A stretch of 41,838 bases of DNA from Nitrososphaerales archaeon. GTDB lineage: Archaea; Thermoproteota; Nitrososphaeria; Nitrososphaerales; Gagatemarchaeaceae. Of the stretch, positions 25,946-35,066 are shown piece by piece (position 1 is the stretch's first letter; every line of letters starts with the position of its first letter). Below the pieces are notes generated by a model that worked only from the letters and a program-made list of their open reading frames with translations, made no database searches and was not told where the DNA came from. Position numbers and translations under genes: made by a program. The DNA is taken from contig JBEKAG010000001.1 in the NCBI GenBank assembly GCA_050015955.1, forward strand, positions 1 through 41,838. Direction: 5' to 3'.

Positions 25946-26896
25946 TTGAAACCGAAGAGTCTCCTTACCCTCGCGGAGTTCGACCCAGATGAGATGGGTT
26001 ACATCCTGTCCCTTTCCCTGAAGCTGAAGGGAGCCAGGGGGAGGTCGAAGGAACGCCTTCTCCGGGGAAAGACGATAGCGCTGCTCTTCGAGAAGCCTAG
26101 CACCCGAACTAGGGTCAGCTTCCAAGTCGCGACCAGCGAACTCGGGGGAAGCTCAATCAGCCTCGGTTCCAACGAGATCCAACTCGGAAGGGGCGAGACA
26201 ATCGAAGACACGGCCCGAGTTCTGTCAAGATATGTCCATGCGATCATGGCCCGGGTCAACGAGCATTCGGAGGTCGAGCGCCTTGCCGCCTCTTCCACCG
26301 TGCCCGTAATCAACGGGCTGAGTGACCTCTACCACCCGGTGCAGATTCTTGCCGACCTCCTCACATTGCGAGAGCGGAAGGGTTCACTCAAGGGGCTGAA
26401 GGTTGCGTGGGTTGGGGACGGGAACAACGTCTGCAACTCCTGGTTGATTGGCGCAGCGACCACGGGGATCGGGTTTTCGGCCGCCACTCCGCCTGGCTAC
26501 CCTCCCAACAAGAAGGCGGTGAGTGTAGCGAAGTCGATTGCGAGAGGCACGGGTGCGTCCCTCACACTTGTTGAAGACCCGAAGGAGGCGGTGGAAGGGG
26601 CGGACTGCGTAATCACCGACACGTTCGTATCCATGGGGTTCGACAAGGAGAGAGAGGAGAGAGTCAGAGCCTTCCTGCCGAGGTATTGTGTCGACAGGCA
26701 CCTGATGGCCCTGGCAAAGAGAGGCGCTATCTTCCAGCATTGCCTTCCGGCCCACAGAGGCGAAGAGGTGACCGACGAGGTCATCGACGGACCGAACTCG
26801 GCGGTCTGGGATGAAGCGGAAAACCGTCTGCACACGACAAAGGCCCTGCTTTGCTACCTTATGCTCGGGCGAACGGAGCTTCGAAGGCTGCCGTAG
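25946..26896 (+). CDS. argF: ornithine carbamoyltransferase
   Basis: STRTRVSF, HPVQILADL, DTFVSMG and HCLPAHRGEEV are the OTCase motifs. TTG start. Confidence 0.9.
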   Translation: MKPKSLLTLAEFDPDEMGYILSLSLKLKGARGRSKERLLRGKTIALLFEKPSTRTRVSFQVATSELGGSSISLGSNEIQLGRGETIEDTARVLSRYVHAIMARVNEHSEVERLAASSTVPVINGLSDLYHPVQILADLLTLRERKGSLKGLKVAWVGDGNNVCNSWLIGAATTGIGFSAATPPGYPPNKKAVSVAKSIARGTGASLTLVEDPKEAVEGADCVITDTFVSMGFDKEREERVRAFLPRYCVDRHLMALAKRGAIFQHCLPAHRGEEVTDEVIDGPNSAVWDEAENRLHTTKALLCYLMLGRTELRRLP

Positions 26897-26901
26897 GCCC
26901 T

Positions 26902-26909
26902 GCGCGCGC
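26902..26909. repeat. alternating (GC)4 tract just after the argF stop
   Basis: Read directly: gccct-gcgcgcgc-ccaag. Confidence 0.9.
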
Positions 26910-27047
26910 CCAAGAAGCACGCACTCGGACCTCCCTAATTATGTCTGGACTGCGAGTTGAGGCAGACTCCGTGTATTGATGCCCTTCCTCATTCAGGAGT
27001 GGACCTCAGGGGCTCCGTTCGGTACCAATACGCTTAAATCCCGAAAT

Positions 27048-27061
27048 CCTAACGCGTTAGG
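27048..27061. promoter_or_regulatory. perfect 14-bp palindrome CCTAACGCGTTAGG ending 2 nt before the ATG at 27064
   Basis: Read directly: gaaatCCTAACGCGTTAGGgaATG. Confidence 0.4.
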
Positions 27062-27063
27062 GA

Positions 27064-27636
27064 ATGGCAGCGAGCCAAGTAGGACCTAGCAGAACGCAGC
27101 AGACGCAGGGAAAGTGGGCTTCGAGGTTCATCTGGGCATCGATTATTCAAGGCCTCATCGCAGTTGTCGTGACGTTCCTCATCGCCGAACCACTCACACA
27201 CTTCGGAATCAACTGGTACTACGCTCCCTCCAAAGTGATCGCCGGGGGCGGGGGAGGTACGTGGATGTTTACAGGCTACGTCTTGTACCTAATCGTAGGC
27301 GTCGTCGCGACCGCAGTCACCGCAATCTTCTACTCCTACATTGAGGGCACAATGGGCAAGGTGTACACAGGGCTTACGAACTACCTCGCCTGGGGGCATC
27401 TTATCTTCATGAACGTTGGGGTCGCCGGCAGCATGCTCCTGATGATGTGGGGGGGTTACATGGCGGGCTGGTCGGGTGCGCTCGTTTCTTCGGGAGGTCT
27501 GGGATACACGAATTATGAGATTCACACGCACTATCTCGGTCAACTTGTGGACCCAATCGGCGCATTGGTCATGCTGGCAGCTCTTGGTGCGGTCCTCGGA
27601 GGCCTAGGATTCGTACTCAGAAGCAGAATGAAGTAG
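27064..27636 (+). CDS. integral membrane protein, unknown function (about 5 TM, Gly-rich)
   Basis: 190 aa with repeated hydrophobic segments (IQGLIAVVVTFLIA, FTGYVLYLIVGVVATAVTAIF, LIFMNVGVAGSMLLMMWGG, IGALVMLAALGAVLGGLGFVL). No family recognised. Confidence 0.6.
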   Translation: MAASQVGPSRTQQTQGKWASRFIWASIIQGLIAVVVTFLIAEPLTHFGINWYYAPSKVIAGGGGGTWMFTGYVLYLIVGVVATAVTAIFYSYIEGTMGKVYTGLTNYLAWGHLIFMNVGVAGSMLLMMWGGYMAGWSGALVSSGGLGYTNYEIHTHYLGQLVDPIGALVMLAALGAVLGGLGFVLRSRMK

Positions 27637-27760
27637 GATCCCCTTCTGGCGTCCATTTTCCCATTTTCTCCACGAACACGCTTCTGCCGGAATCCACTTC
27701 CTGGACCCATTTTGGGGTGAATAGGCCCAGTGATTCGCTTCTGCGTGCACGCTAGCACAA

Positions 27761-29554
27761 TCAGACGAAAGTAGCTGTGATAGTGCCTGCCCCGTTTATC
27801 GTCGCAGTCGTGGTCGCGTTGCTGGGGCTCGCTGTCTTGATCTGTGCGGTATCACTCGTCCACTTTCTGAAGTGGTGGCTTGGTGCAGGGGTCGCCTTGA
27901 TGCCTATCGTGGACCCTGCATTGTGCCATCCGGAGGCCGGACTCGTGGTCCCAGCGCCCGACGAGGTTACGGTGACGTGGAACTGGTGGTGGTATGCGAC
28001 TACGATAGGCATGGTACTAGATACGGTTCCCGCGGCCTTGGACGAGAACCACTTCTGTGTGGTCGTCGAACCCCCGAGAGGATTGGTTGAGGAGTAGGGG
28101 GCGCCGTCGGCCCAAATTGCCTTCGAAGTCTTGGCCAGAACGACACTCTTGCTCGCCCCAAGCGCCTTGTAGTGGAACGTCGGCGCAGCGGGGGTTCCGC
28201 CTCCTATCACAATGTACGAGACCGAGACACGGAACTGGTGGTAGATTATGCGCGAGTAGGTCGGGCATGTGCCCATCAAGCACGTATTGATGGAAAGCGA
28301 AGACGTGCCCATGGAATTGACATAGCGAGCGTTGCTGGTGCTAGGCAGACGCACGATGATGGTACATCCAGAGTCTACTTGGACGGTTTGAGGGGTTCCG
28401 TTTGCCGTTATTGATGTCGGAGACACGGAGCAACCTGACAACTTGACTGTCGCTGGGAGACCAGATTCAGCGACCGTAAGCTTGATGGGCTGGCTGACGC
28501 GCAGAGCCCCTGTTATGAAATCGTACGCATTACTGTATTCAGTGGCACCATTCTTTTCGAAAGAGTGCAATGGAGCAGGATGGGTGTAGTAAACCGGGAG
28601 CTTGCCATAGAACAAGAGAGTCCCGTTGACAGCGTAGAATTCGTCAATCCACATCGTTGCGGAATTCTTGGCAAACGTTGTGTTGGAGTATGTGACCTTC
28701 TTCACATTTGAGTAATAAGGAGACGCGTGATACCACTCTGTCATCAGCCCTGTAAAGAAGCCATTCGAATTGGCAATTTGCCCGATTGCGGACCCGACGA
28801 AAGTTCCTGCGCTCACAGCGCTGTACGTGATTGAGGAGCTTGCACTAGTATTCCAATCATAGGCGTACATCACAACGTTCCCACTCGTGTAGTTCAGACT
28901 GAGGAGGACCTCATCCCCAGCGTTTACCGGCCCAGAGAAAGTCTGAAGCCCGCCCCCACCAGAGGACGGGAAGATCGAGTTCCCGCTTGGGTTGAACACT
29001 TCATAGATGAAAGCAAAGCCAGCCGACCACGAAGGGTCCCAGCTGTACGAAAGACCCACTTGGTACCAGTACCCTTTGTTCGAGAGGCCGTTGAGAAGAT
29101 AGGCCGGTCCTGCTTCGTTTGTTGGGTCTGTCTGTGCTACCGCCGTCACGTTGTAGGCGAGGGATGTGAAATTCTGAGTGAAAGTAGAGCCAAGCTGCTC
29201 GTCGTACATGAACGGATTTGGACTCGCAGGGTTGGAAGCTCTAGGGCGAGGCATGCTTGGAGGATGCTCTGAAGCAACGAGACCACTCTGTGTAATGGAT
29301 GACTGGCCCGCGTCCACAAATGCCAAGCTACTTGAGTGCAATGTCGTACTTATTGCGCTGGGTCCATAGTCGGCAACATGGAGGTCTCCCTTAGAGTCAT
29401 AGATAGATTCAGCCTGTTCCTTGACAGCAGCGGAACCGGACGAGGGAGATGCTGCCTTCTGGGGCACGAACGAAACTGCTACCAACAGCAGAAGGATTAC
29501 TAGCACGGGCGCCGAACGAGTTATCCTCCCGCGAGTTCGATGACTACTCTCCAT
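27761..29554 (-). CDS. secreted or cell-surface protein with N-terminal signal anchor and C-terminal InlB-B-repeat-like modules
   Basis: 597 aa. The N-terminus RSAPVLVILLLLVAVSFVP is followed by a Ser/Thr-rich body. The last ~75 aa (HVTVTSSGAGTTSPASGWHNAGSTIGIKATPAPSHHFRKWTSD...TITATFV) fit the divergent InlB B-repeat pattern as remembered. A thermopsin-like or ConA-like middle domain is only a guess. Confidence 0.6.
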   Translation of the reverse strand: MESSHRTRGRITRSAPVLVILLLLVAVSFVPQKAASPSSGSAAVKEQAESIYDSKGDLHVADYGPSAISTTLHSSSLAFVDAGQSSITQSGLVASEHPPSMPRPRASNPASPNPFMYDEQLGSTFTQNFTSLAYNVTAVAQTDPTNEAGPAYLLNGLSNKGYWYQVGLSYSWDPSWSAGFAFIYEVFNPSGNSIFPSSGGGGLQTFSGPVNAGDEVLLSLNYTSGNVVMYAYDWNTSASSSITYSAVSAGTFVGSAIGQIANSNGFFTGLMTEWYHASPYYSNVKKVTYSNTTFAKNSATMWIDEFYAVNGTLLFYGKLPVYYTHPAPLHSFEKNGATEYSNAYDFITGALRVSQPIKLTVAESGLPATVKLSGCSVSPTSITANGTPQTVQVDSGCTIIVRLPSTSNARYVNSMGTSSLSINTCLMGTCPTYSRIIYHQFRVSVSYIVIGGGTPAAPTFHYKALGASKSVVLAKTSKAIWADGAPYSSTNPLGGSTTTQKWFSSKAAGTVSSTMPIVVAYHHQFHVTVTSSGAGTTSPASGWHNAGSTIGIKATPAPSHHFRKWTSDTAQIKTASPSNATTTATINGAGTITATFV

Positions 29555-29637
29555 TCACTGAGGCCAGCGTCTAGTCGATTTTGAGATTGGATTAAAAGTC
29601 TTGACCTGCGGATTGCCATTGTGCTCGCCGCAGGAAC

Positions 29638-29654
29638 GCGTCTCCCTGAGACGC
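29638..29654. promoter_or_regulatory. inverted repeat GCGTCTC-cct-GAGACGC upstream of atpH
   Basis: Read directly. The left arm is part of AACGCGTCTC, which recurs at 30993-31002. Confidence 0.35.
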
Positions 29655-29676
29655 ACTTGAGCCCCGCCTCCCAACG

Positions 29677-29686
29677 TTTAATTAAG
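29677..29686 (+). promoter_or_regulatory. TATA-like box TTTAATTAAG, 40 nt before the atpH ATG
   Basis: AT-rich octamer in a GC-rich spacer at archaeal TATA-to-start distance for a short leader. Confidence 0.4.
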
Positions 29687-29716
29687 CAAACCGACGCAAA
29701 CCAAAAAGCAATTCGG

Positions 29717-30046
29717 ATGGGTTCTCCAATCGAGGCGACCGTCAAGGCTCTCATCGAATTCGAGTCTGAGCTCGACAGGGTCAAGACCGAGGTCTTGGAG
29801 GCGAACAAGAAGATGATCAAGTACGCTGATGGCTTGGCCGAATCAGCCAAGTCGGACGAAATCTCGAAAGCCCAGCAGCAGGTATCCGAGAGGCTGGCCA
29901 AAGCAAGGGCCGAGGCCGAGAGCGAAGTTGAATCGATAAGGAAGAAGGGAGAATCATCATCTAAGAGTCTCGAAGCATCCATCTCAAAAAGAAGAGCAGA
30001 AGCTGTCGAGGAGGTAGTGGGTCGCCTTCTGGGTGAACGCCAATGA
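29717..30046 (+). CDS. atpH: A-type ATP synthase subunit H
   Basis: 109-aa charged coiled coil (MGSPIEATVKALIEFESELDRVKTEVLEANKK...AEAESEVESIRKKGE...). ATGA overlap with atpF. Start moved to M33 of the track ORF. Confidence 0.6.
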   Translation: MGSPIEATVKALIEFESELDRVKTEVLEANKKMIKYADGLAESAKSDEISKAQQQVSERLAKARAEAESEVESIRKKGESSSKSLEASISKRRAEAVEEVVGRLLGERQ

Positions 30047-30339
30047 AAGTGGTAGCCGTGGGCGGCAACACCTTCGTGACCAGCTTCGTACTCTCCGGCG
30101 TCAGCGGTGAATACGTGTCCTCGCCCGACGAGGCGCTCGGGAAGATTGAGAAGCTCATCAGGGACCCCCAGGTCGGTCTCATCATAATCAGCGACGAAGT
30201 CGCGGAACCCCTCGGCGCACAGCTGACTGCCATCAGGACGCAGAGGGCAACGCCGCTGATCTACGAGGTCCCCGAACCAGGGAGCAAGAAGGAGAAGGTC
30301 GACTATCATGCCTTGCTGAGGAGCATCATGGGAGTCTGA
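30043..30339 (+). CDS. atpF: A-type ATP synthase subunit F
   Basis: 98 aa. MKVVAVGGNTFVTSFVLSGV...VGLIIISDEVAEPL is the typical subunit F pattern. Confidence 0.8.
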   Translation: MKVVAVGGNTFVTSFVLSGVSGEYVSSPDEALGKIEKLIRDPQVGLIIISDEVAEPLGAQLTAIRTQRATPLIYEVPEPGSKKEKVDYHALLRSIMGV

Positions 30340-30344
30340 TCGAA

Positions 30345-30941
30345 GTGAGCAAGGCGATGACAGACACCCTGAAGAAGGTCTCCAGAGAGTTCGAAAGCGA
30401 ACTCATGGTTGAGCTCGAGAAGGGGAAGGTGCAGGCTCTTTCATCCGTAGAGTCGTCCAGAAGGGAGGCAAACGTGGCGGTGACAAGAATCCTGGACACG
30501 AGCGTCAAGCAGGCCGAATCGCTGAGGGACCAGATCATCGGGGCGGGGGAACTTGAAGCGCGGAACGCCCTGTTGAAGACCCTGGAGATGGCCGTGGTCG
30601 AAGTCTTCGACTCGGCAGTCAAGGAACTTCGAAATATGTCCGGCGTACGCTACGACAGGTCGCTGACGCGGCTTGTCAAGGAGGGGCTGGAAGCGATCGG
30701 TCCAAGTGCCAGGATTTACTGCAGTTCCAAGGACAGGGAGGCTATCTCAGCCGTCTTGCACCGGCTCGGGGGCAGTCAGTCAAAGCCGGTCCTCGAGAGG
30801 AAGAGCATAGATACCGTCGGAGGCGTCGTCGTAGCTTCCATGGACGGGTCAGTGAGATTCGACAACACATTCGAGGCTAGGCTTGAGAGAATGCGATCGG
30901 CTCTTAGGATGCAGGTCTCGGCAATACTTGCGCCCGGGTAA
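30345..30941 (+). CDS. atpE: A-type ATP synthase subunit E
   Basis: 198 aa. N-terminal long helix and C-terminal globular part ending ..GGVVVASMDGSVRFDNTFEARLERM. GTG start; ATG 30357 is an alternative. Confidence 0.8.
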   Translation: MSKAMTDTLKKVSREFESELMVELEKGKVQALSSVESSRREANVAVTRILDTSVKQAESLRDQIIGAGELEARNALLKTLEMAVVEVFDSAVKELRNMSGVRYDRSLTRLVKEGLEAIGPSARIYCSSKDREAISAVLHRLGGSQSKPVLERKSIDTVGGVVVASMDGSVRFDNTFEARLERMRSALRMQVSAILAPG

Positions 30942-31054
30942 CTTCGACAGACATCGGCTCCCTGGAAATAGGTTGACTCGATCAGAACTGGTAACGCGTC
31001 TCAGGTCAATGGATGTTCGTCGTCCTGTGACTACTGGCGCGCGTTCCGCCCAAG

Positions 31055-31064
31055 TATTATTAAG
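31055..31064 (+). promoter_or_regulatory. TATA-like box TATTATTAAG, 37 nt before the atpA TTG start (possible internal promoter)
   Basis: AT-rich box in the 150-nt atpE-atpA gap. It is preceded by GGCGCGCG (31036-31043). Confidence 0.35.
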
Positions 31065-31091
31065 TCGAGTCTGGAAGAGCAAAAGAATTCA

Positions 31092-32879
31092 TTGACGGTC
31101 AAGGGAAAGATCGAGTGGATTTCGGGGCCGGCCGTCAAAGCTTCAGGAATGTCTACCGCCGAGATGCACGAAGTCATTCAGGTAGGCGAGGAGAAGCTGA
31201 TTGGCGAAGTAATCAAGCTGACGGGTGACATCGCCTTCGTCCAAGTCTACGAGTCCACTAGCGGCCTGCGACCAGGTGAGCCCGTCCTCGGTACGGGTCA
31301 GCCTCTGTCGGCCACTCTCGGGCCGGGCATGATTGGGACGATCTATGATGGTCTCCAGAGACCACTCGACAAGATCGCAAAGAATGCAGGCGCATTCATA
31401 CCGAGAGGAGTCTCGGCTAACTCGATACCCCTCAACAAACGATGGGCGTTCGTCCCCTCAGTCAAGAACGGAGACGAGATCGAGGGCGGGAGTGTCTTGG
31501 GGTGCGTCCAAGAGACGCCGCTGATCGAGCACAGAGTCCTAGCTCCGCCGACCACGCCCAAGGCAAAGGTCAAGGACGTCTTGAAGGCAGGTGACTGCAA
31601 GGTCAACGAAACTGTCGTCGTGGCTGAGGACAAATCAGGCAAGAAACATGAGCTGATGCTGTATCACCGGTGGCCAGTTAGGACTCCAAGGCCTGTCCGC
31701 GGGAGGCTCGACCCGGAGATTCCGCTCTTGACAGGACAGAGGGTTCTCGACTCTTTCTTCCCGATGGCGAAGGGAGGCACAGGAGCGATACCAGGAGCGT
31801 TCGGGACCGGAAAGACTGTGACTCTTCATTCAGTCGCGAAATGGGCGGACGCTAATGTTGTCTTTCACATCGGCTGCGGGGAGCGGGGGAATGAGATGAC
31901 CGAGGTACTGGTCGAGTTCCCAAAGCTGATCGACCCCAAGAGTGGCAGACCGTTGATGGAAAGGACCATCCTCATCGCCAATGTCAGCAACATGCCGGTC
32001 GCTGCCAGGGAAGCGAGCATCTACACAGGGGTCACGATGGCCGAGTACTACAGAGACATGGGGTACGACACTGTCTTGGTGGCCGACTCGACCAGCAGAT
32101 GGGCGGAAGCGCTCCGCGAGATCAGTGGAAGGTTGGAGGAGATGCCGGCGGAAGAAGGCTACCCGCCCTACCTTGCATCGAGGCTCGCCGAATTCTATCA
32201 AAGGGCGGGAAGGGCCGACCTACTGGGCATGCCGTCAAGGACCGGCTCAATCACCCTCGTCGGCGCCGTTTCCCCTGCCGGAGGCGACTTCACCGAACCG
32301 GTCACCTCTCAGACAATCAGGTTTGTCAAGACATTCTGGTCCCTCGATGCAAGGCTCGCGTATTCAAGACACTATCCGTCCATCAACTGGATGAACTCCT
32401 ATTCGGGGTACACCGAATCGGTAAGTAAGTGGTGGAAGGATAGGGTCGACAAGGAGTGGCTCTCGGTAAGAGCCGATGCCTATGCCATCCTCCAGCGTGA
32501 AGATGCGCTCAAGGAGATCGTGCGGCTCCTCGGGCCCGAGGCCCTGCCCGACGAAGAGAAGCTGATCTTAGACGTCGCAAGGATGATCCAGATTGGGTTC
32601 CTCCAGCAGAATGCGTACGATGACGTCGACGCCTACTGCAGCCCGCAGAAGCAATTCAGGATGATGAAGATGTTCGTGCAGTACCACCAAGAGGCGCTAA
32701 AGGCGCTGAGGAGCGGCGTGCCGCTGCCCAAGATAAGAGGGATGCAAGTAATCGCCCCGATGCTGAGGGCGAAGTTCGAAACAAAGAGCGAAGACCTCGG
32801 CGCGCTCGAGTCACTCGCGAGACGGATGTTCGACGAGTTCGCCAGCCTGTCGGGTCTACCGGAAGCGAAGGCGGAGTGA
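31092..32879 (+). CDS. atpA: A-type ATP synthase catalytic subunit A
   Basis: 595 aa. Walker [10 protein letters not shown], and the non-homologous insert typical of A subunits. 4-nt overlap with atpB. Confidence 0.95.
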   Translation: MTVKGKIEWISGPAVKASGMSTAEMHEVIQVGEEKLIGEVIKLTGDIAFVQVYESTSGLRPGEPVLGTGQPLSATLGPGMIGTIYDGLQRPLDKIAKNAGAFIPRGVSANSIPLNKRWAFVPSVKNGDEIEGGSVLGCVQETPLIEHRVLAPPTTPKAKVKDVLKAGDCKVNETVVVAEDKSGKKHELMLYHRWPVRTPRPVRGRLDPEIPLLTGQRVLDSFFPMAKGGTGAIPGAFGTGKTVTLHSVAKWADANVVFHIGCGERGNEMTEVLVEFPKLIDPKSGRPLMERTILIANVSNMPVAAREASIYTGVTMAEYYRDMGYDTVLVADSTSRWAEALREISGRLEEMPAEEGYPPYLASRLAEFYQRAGRADLLGMPSRTGSITLVGAVSPAGGDFTEPVTSQTIRFVKTFWSLDARLAYSRHYPSINWMNSYSGYTESVSKWWKDRVDKEWLSVRADAYAILQREDALKEIVRLLGPEALPDEEKLILDVARMIQIGFLQQNAYDDVDAYCSPQKQFRMMKMFVQYHQEALKALRSGVPLPKIRGMQVIAPMLRAKFETKSEDLGALESLARRMFDEFASLSGLPEAKAE

Positions 32880-34288
32880 GCAAGTCGTCCTCAGGCGTAG
32901 AGTACAGCAAAGTGGCCGAGATCAAGGGGCCCCTGCTTGTAATTGACGGCGTCAGCCGAGCCGCCTTCGACGAGCTGGTCGAGATAGAAGACAGCGGAGG
33001 CAAGAGAAGGCTCGCGAGGGTCTTGGAGACCGGTTTCGGCAAAGCCGTAGTCCAGGTCTTCGAGGGGACCTCCGGCCTGTCCATCAGCGGGACAAAGTCG
33101 CGCTTCTTGGGTCATACAATGCAGCTCCCGGTCTCTGACCAGCTCCTCGGAAGGGTCTTCGACGGACTGGGCAAGCCTCTTGACGGTCTTCCCGAGCCGG
33201 TCCCCAAGACTTTCCTCGATGTCAACGGCGCGCCGATTAACCCTGAGAGGAGGGCGTACCCAACCGACCTAATCCGGACCGGCGTCTCGGTCATCGACGG
33301 AATGCTGACCCTTGTCAGGGGCCAGAAGCTTCCAATCTTCTCGGGAGCCGGCATGCCTCACAACATGCTGGCCGCGCAGGTCGCAAGACAGGCAACAGTA
33401 ACGGGGGAAAGCGAAGAGTTCGCAGTCGTCTTCGCAGCCGTGGGCGTTTCGAGCAGCGACGCCAGGTTCTTCCAGCGCACGCTCACGGAGTCGGGCGCGA
33501 TTAGAAGGAGCATCCTGTACCTGAACCTCGCGGACGACCCGGCCATCGAGAGGATCATTACTCCCCGTGTCGCTCTCACGGCAGCGGAGTACCTCGCATT
33601 CGAACTGAACATGCACGTCCTGGTAATAATCACTGACATCACGAACTACTGCGAGGCGCTCAGAGAGATCTCAGCAGCGAGGGAGGAGGTGCCAGGCAGG
33701 AAAGGCTTCCCGGGTTACCTCTACACGGACCTCGCGATGATCTACGAACGGGCCGGCAGAATTAAGGGCATGAAGGGAAGCATCACCCAGATGCCCATCC
33801 TTTCGATGCCCAACGACGACGTGACTCACCCGATCCCTGACCTCACGGGCTACATAACCGAGGGCCAGATATTCCTCGGAAGGGAGCTCTTCCGGAAGGG
33901 TCTCTATCCGCCAGTGTACGTGCTTTCAAGCCTCAGCAGGCTGATGGGCCCGGCGCTGGGCCAAGTCATCAAGCGGGGCAAAGCCCCTGCCGATCAATAC
34001 CAAGTTGGCAACCAGCTGTACAACGCATACGCAAGGTCGGTCGAGTTGCGCGCCCTGGGGGAGATCGTCGGCAAGTCAGGTCTGACAGATTCAGACCTGA
34101 AGTACCTCGCCTTTGGCGATGCGTTCGAGCAAAAGTACCTCAACCAGGGCTCCGACGAGAACCGGTCCTTCGGGGACACGCTGAAGATCGCGTGGGAAGT
34201 CCTTTCGATACTTCCGAAGAGTGAGCTCACCAATGTCAAGGAAGAGTTCATACAGAAGTACTACGTCACGAACAGGTCCACTGGATAG
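32876..34288 (+). CDS. atpB: A-type ATP synthase subunit B
   Basis: 470 aa. Conserved blocks [15 protein letters not shown] and [15 protein letters not shown]. Confidence 0.95.
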   Translation: MSKSSSGVEYSKVAEIKGPLLVIDGVSRAAFDELVEIEDSGGKRRLARVLETGFGKAVVQVFEGTSGLSISGTKSRFLGHTMQLPVSDQLLGRVFDGLGKPLDGLPEPVPKTFLDVNGAPINPERRAYPTDLIRTGVSVIDGMLTLVRGQKLPIFSGAGMPHNMLAAQVARQATVTGESEEFAVVFAAVGVSSSDARFFQRTLTESGAIRRSILYLNLADDPAIERIITPRVALTAAEYLAFELNMHVLVIITDITNYCEALREISAAREEVPGRKGFPGYLYTDLAMIYERAGRIKGMKGSITQMPILSMPNDDVTHPIPDLTGYITEGQIFLGRELFRKGLYPPVYVLSSLSRLMGPALGQVIKRGKAPADQYQVGNQLYNAYARSVELRALGEIVGKSGLTDSDLKYLAFGDAFEQKYLNQGSDENRSFGDTLKIAWEVLSILPKSELTNVKEEFIQKYYVTNRSTG

Positions 34289-34290
34289 AG

Positions 34291-34932
34291 ATGTCCGTAG
34301 CCTTCGGCTCCAACGTCCTTCCAACGAAGATCGAACTGATCAGCACGAGCCGGAGGCTTCAGACTGCAGTCAGGGTGAAGAAAGTTCTCGACGACAAGCG
34401 AGAGATCCTCCTGAAGCGTCTAGATGAGACGATCCAGCAGGCGACAGTAGCACGCGACGAGATTTCGCAGCCCCTCTCGGACGCCTATCTCGCGCTGTAC
34501 GACGCATACCTCAAGCTGGGCCCGTTCAGGATCGAGGGGATCGCAGCGAACACTCCACCGATGGTTGAGGCCGACATCGTGGTCCACAGAATGGTCGGCG
34601 TGGATGTGCCCTCGGTCGAGTTCTCCGAGAAGGTGGTGGGTATGACCTATGGCTTCGCGGACACTAACGTGGCCGTCGATAAGGCGTCCAGACAGATGAG
34701 GAAGGTCCTCCCCTCCATCTTCAGGGCCGCAGAGTTCGAGAATACGATATTTAGGCTCGCGAAGGAGCTTGAGAAGACACAGCGCCTCCTAAACGCGCTC
34801 GAGTACATGATTATTCCGCGGTACGAGAACTCCATCCGCTACATCCAGCAGATTCTCGAAGAGAGGGAGAGGGAGGAGTTTACCAGGCTTAAACATGTAA
34901 AGAAGGTCCTTGAGAGGAAGGCCGCGGAATGA
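34291..34932 (+). CDS. atpD: A-type ATP synthase subunit D
   Basis: 213 aa. N-terminal PTKIELISTSRRLQTAVRVKKVLDDKREILL and C-terminal ..TQRLLNALEYMIIPRYENSIRYIQQILEEREREEF. Confidence 0.9.
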   Translation: MSVAFGSNVLPTKIELISTSRRLQTAVRVKKVLDDKREILLKRLDETIQQATVARDEISQPLSDAYLALYDAYLKLGPFRIEGIAANTPPMVEADIVVHRMVGVDVPSVEFSEKVVGMTYGFADTNVAVDKASRQMRKVLPSIFRAAEFENTIFRLAKELEKTQRLLNALEYMIIPRYENSIRYIQQILEEREREEFTRLKHVKKVLERKAAE

Positions 34933-35066
34933 CCGAAGAAACGGTTGACAAGGCGTTCAACGCTGCTGTCGAGAAGGTCGAGGTGGCACACCAACAGGTT
35001 GTGACCGACCTTAGGTCCAAGCTCGAGAAGGCGAAGTCAGCCGCACTGAAGAAGGTCAGCTCCTAG
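34929..35066 (+). CDS. 45-aa helical ORF translationally coupled (ATGA) to atpD
   Basis: Own translation: MTEETVDKAFNAAVEKVEVAHQQVVTDLRSKLEKAKSAALKKVSS. Its start overlaps the atpD stop. It is below the ORF-track cutoff. Confidence 0.35.
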   Translation: MTEETVDKAFNAAVEKVEVAHQQVVTDLRSKLEKAKSAALKKVSS

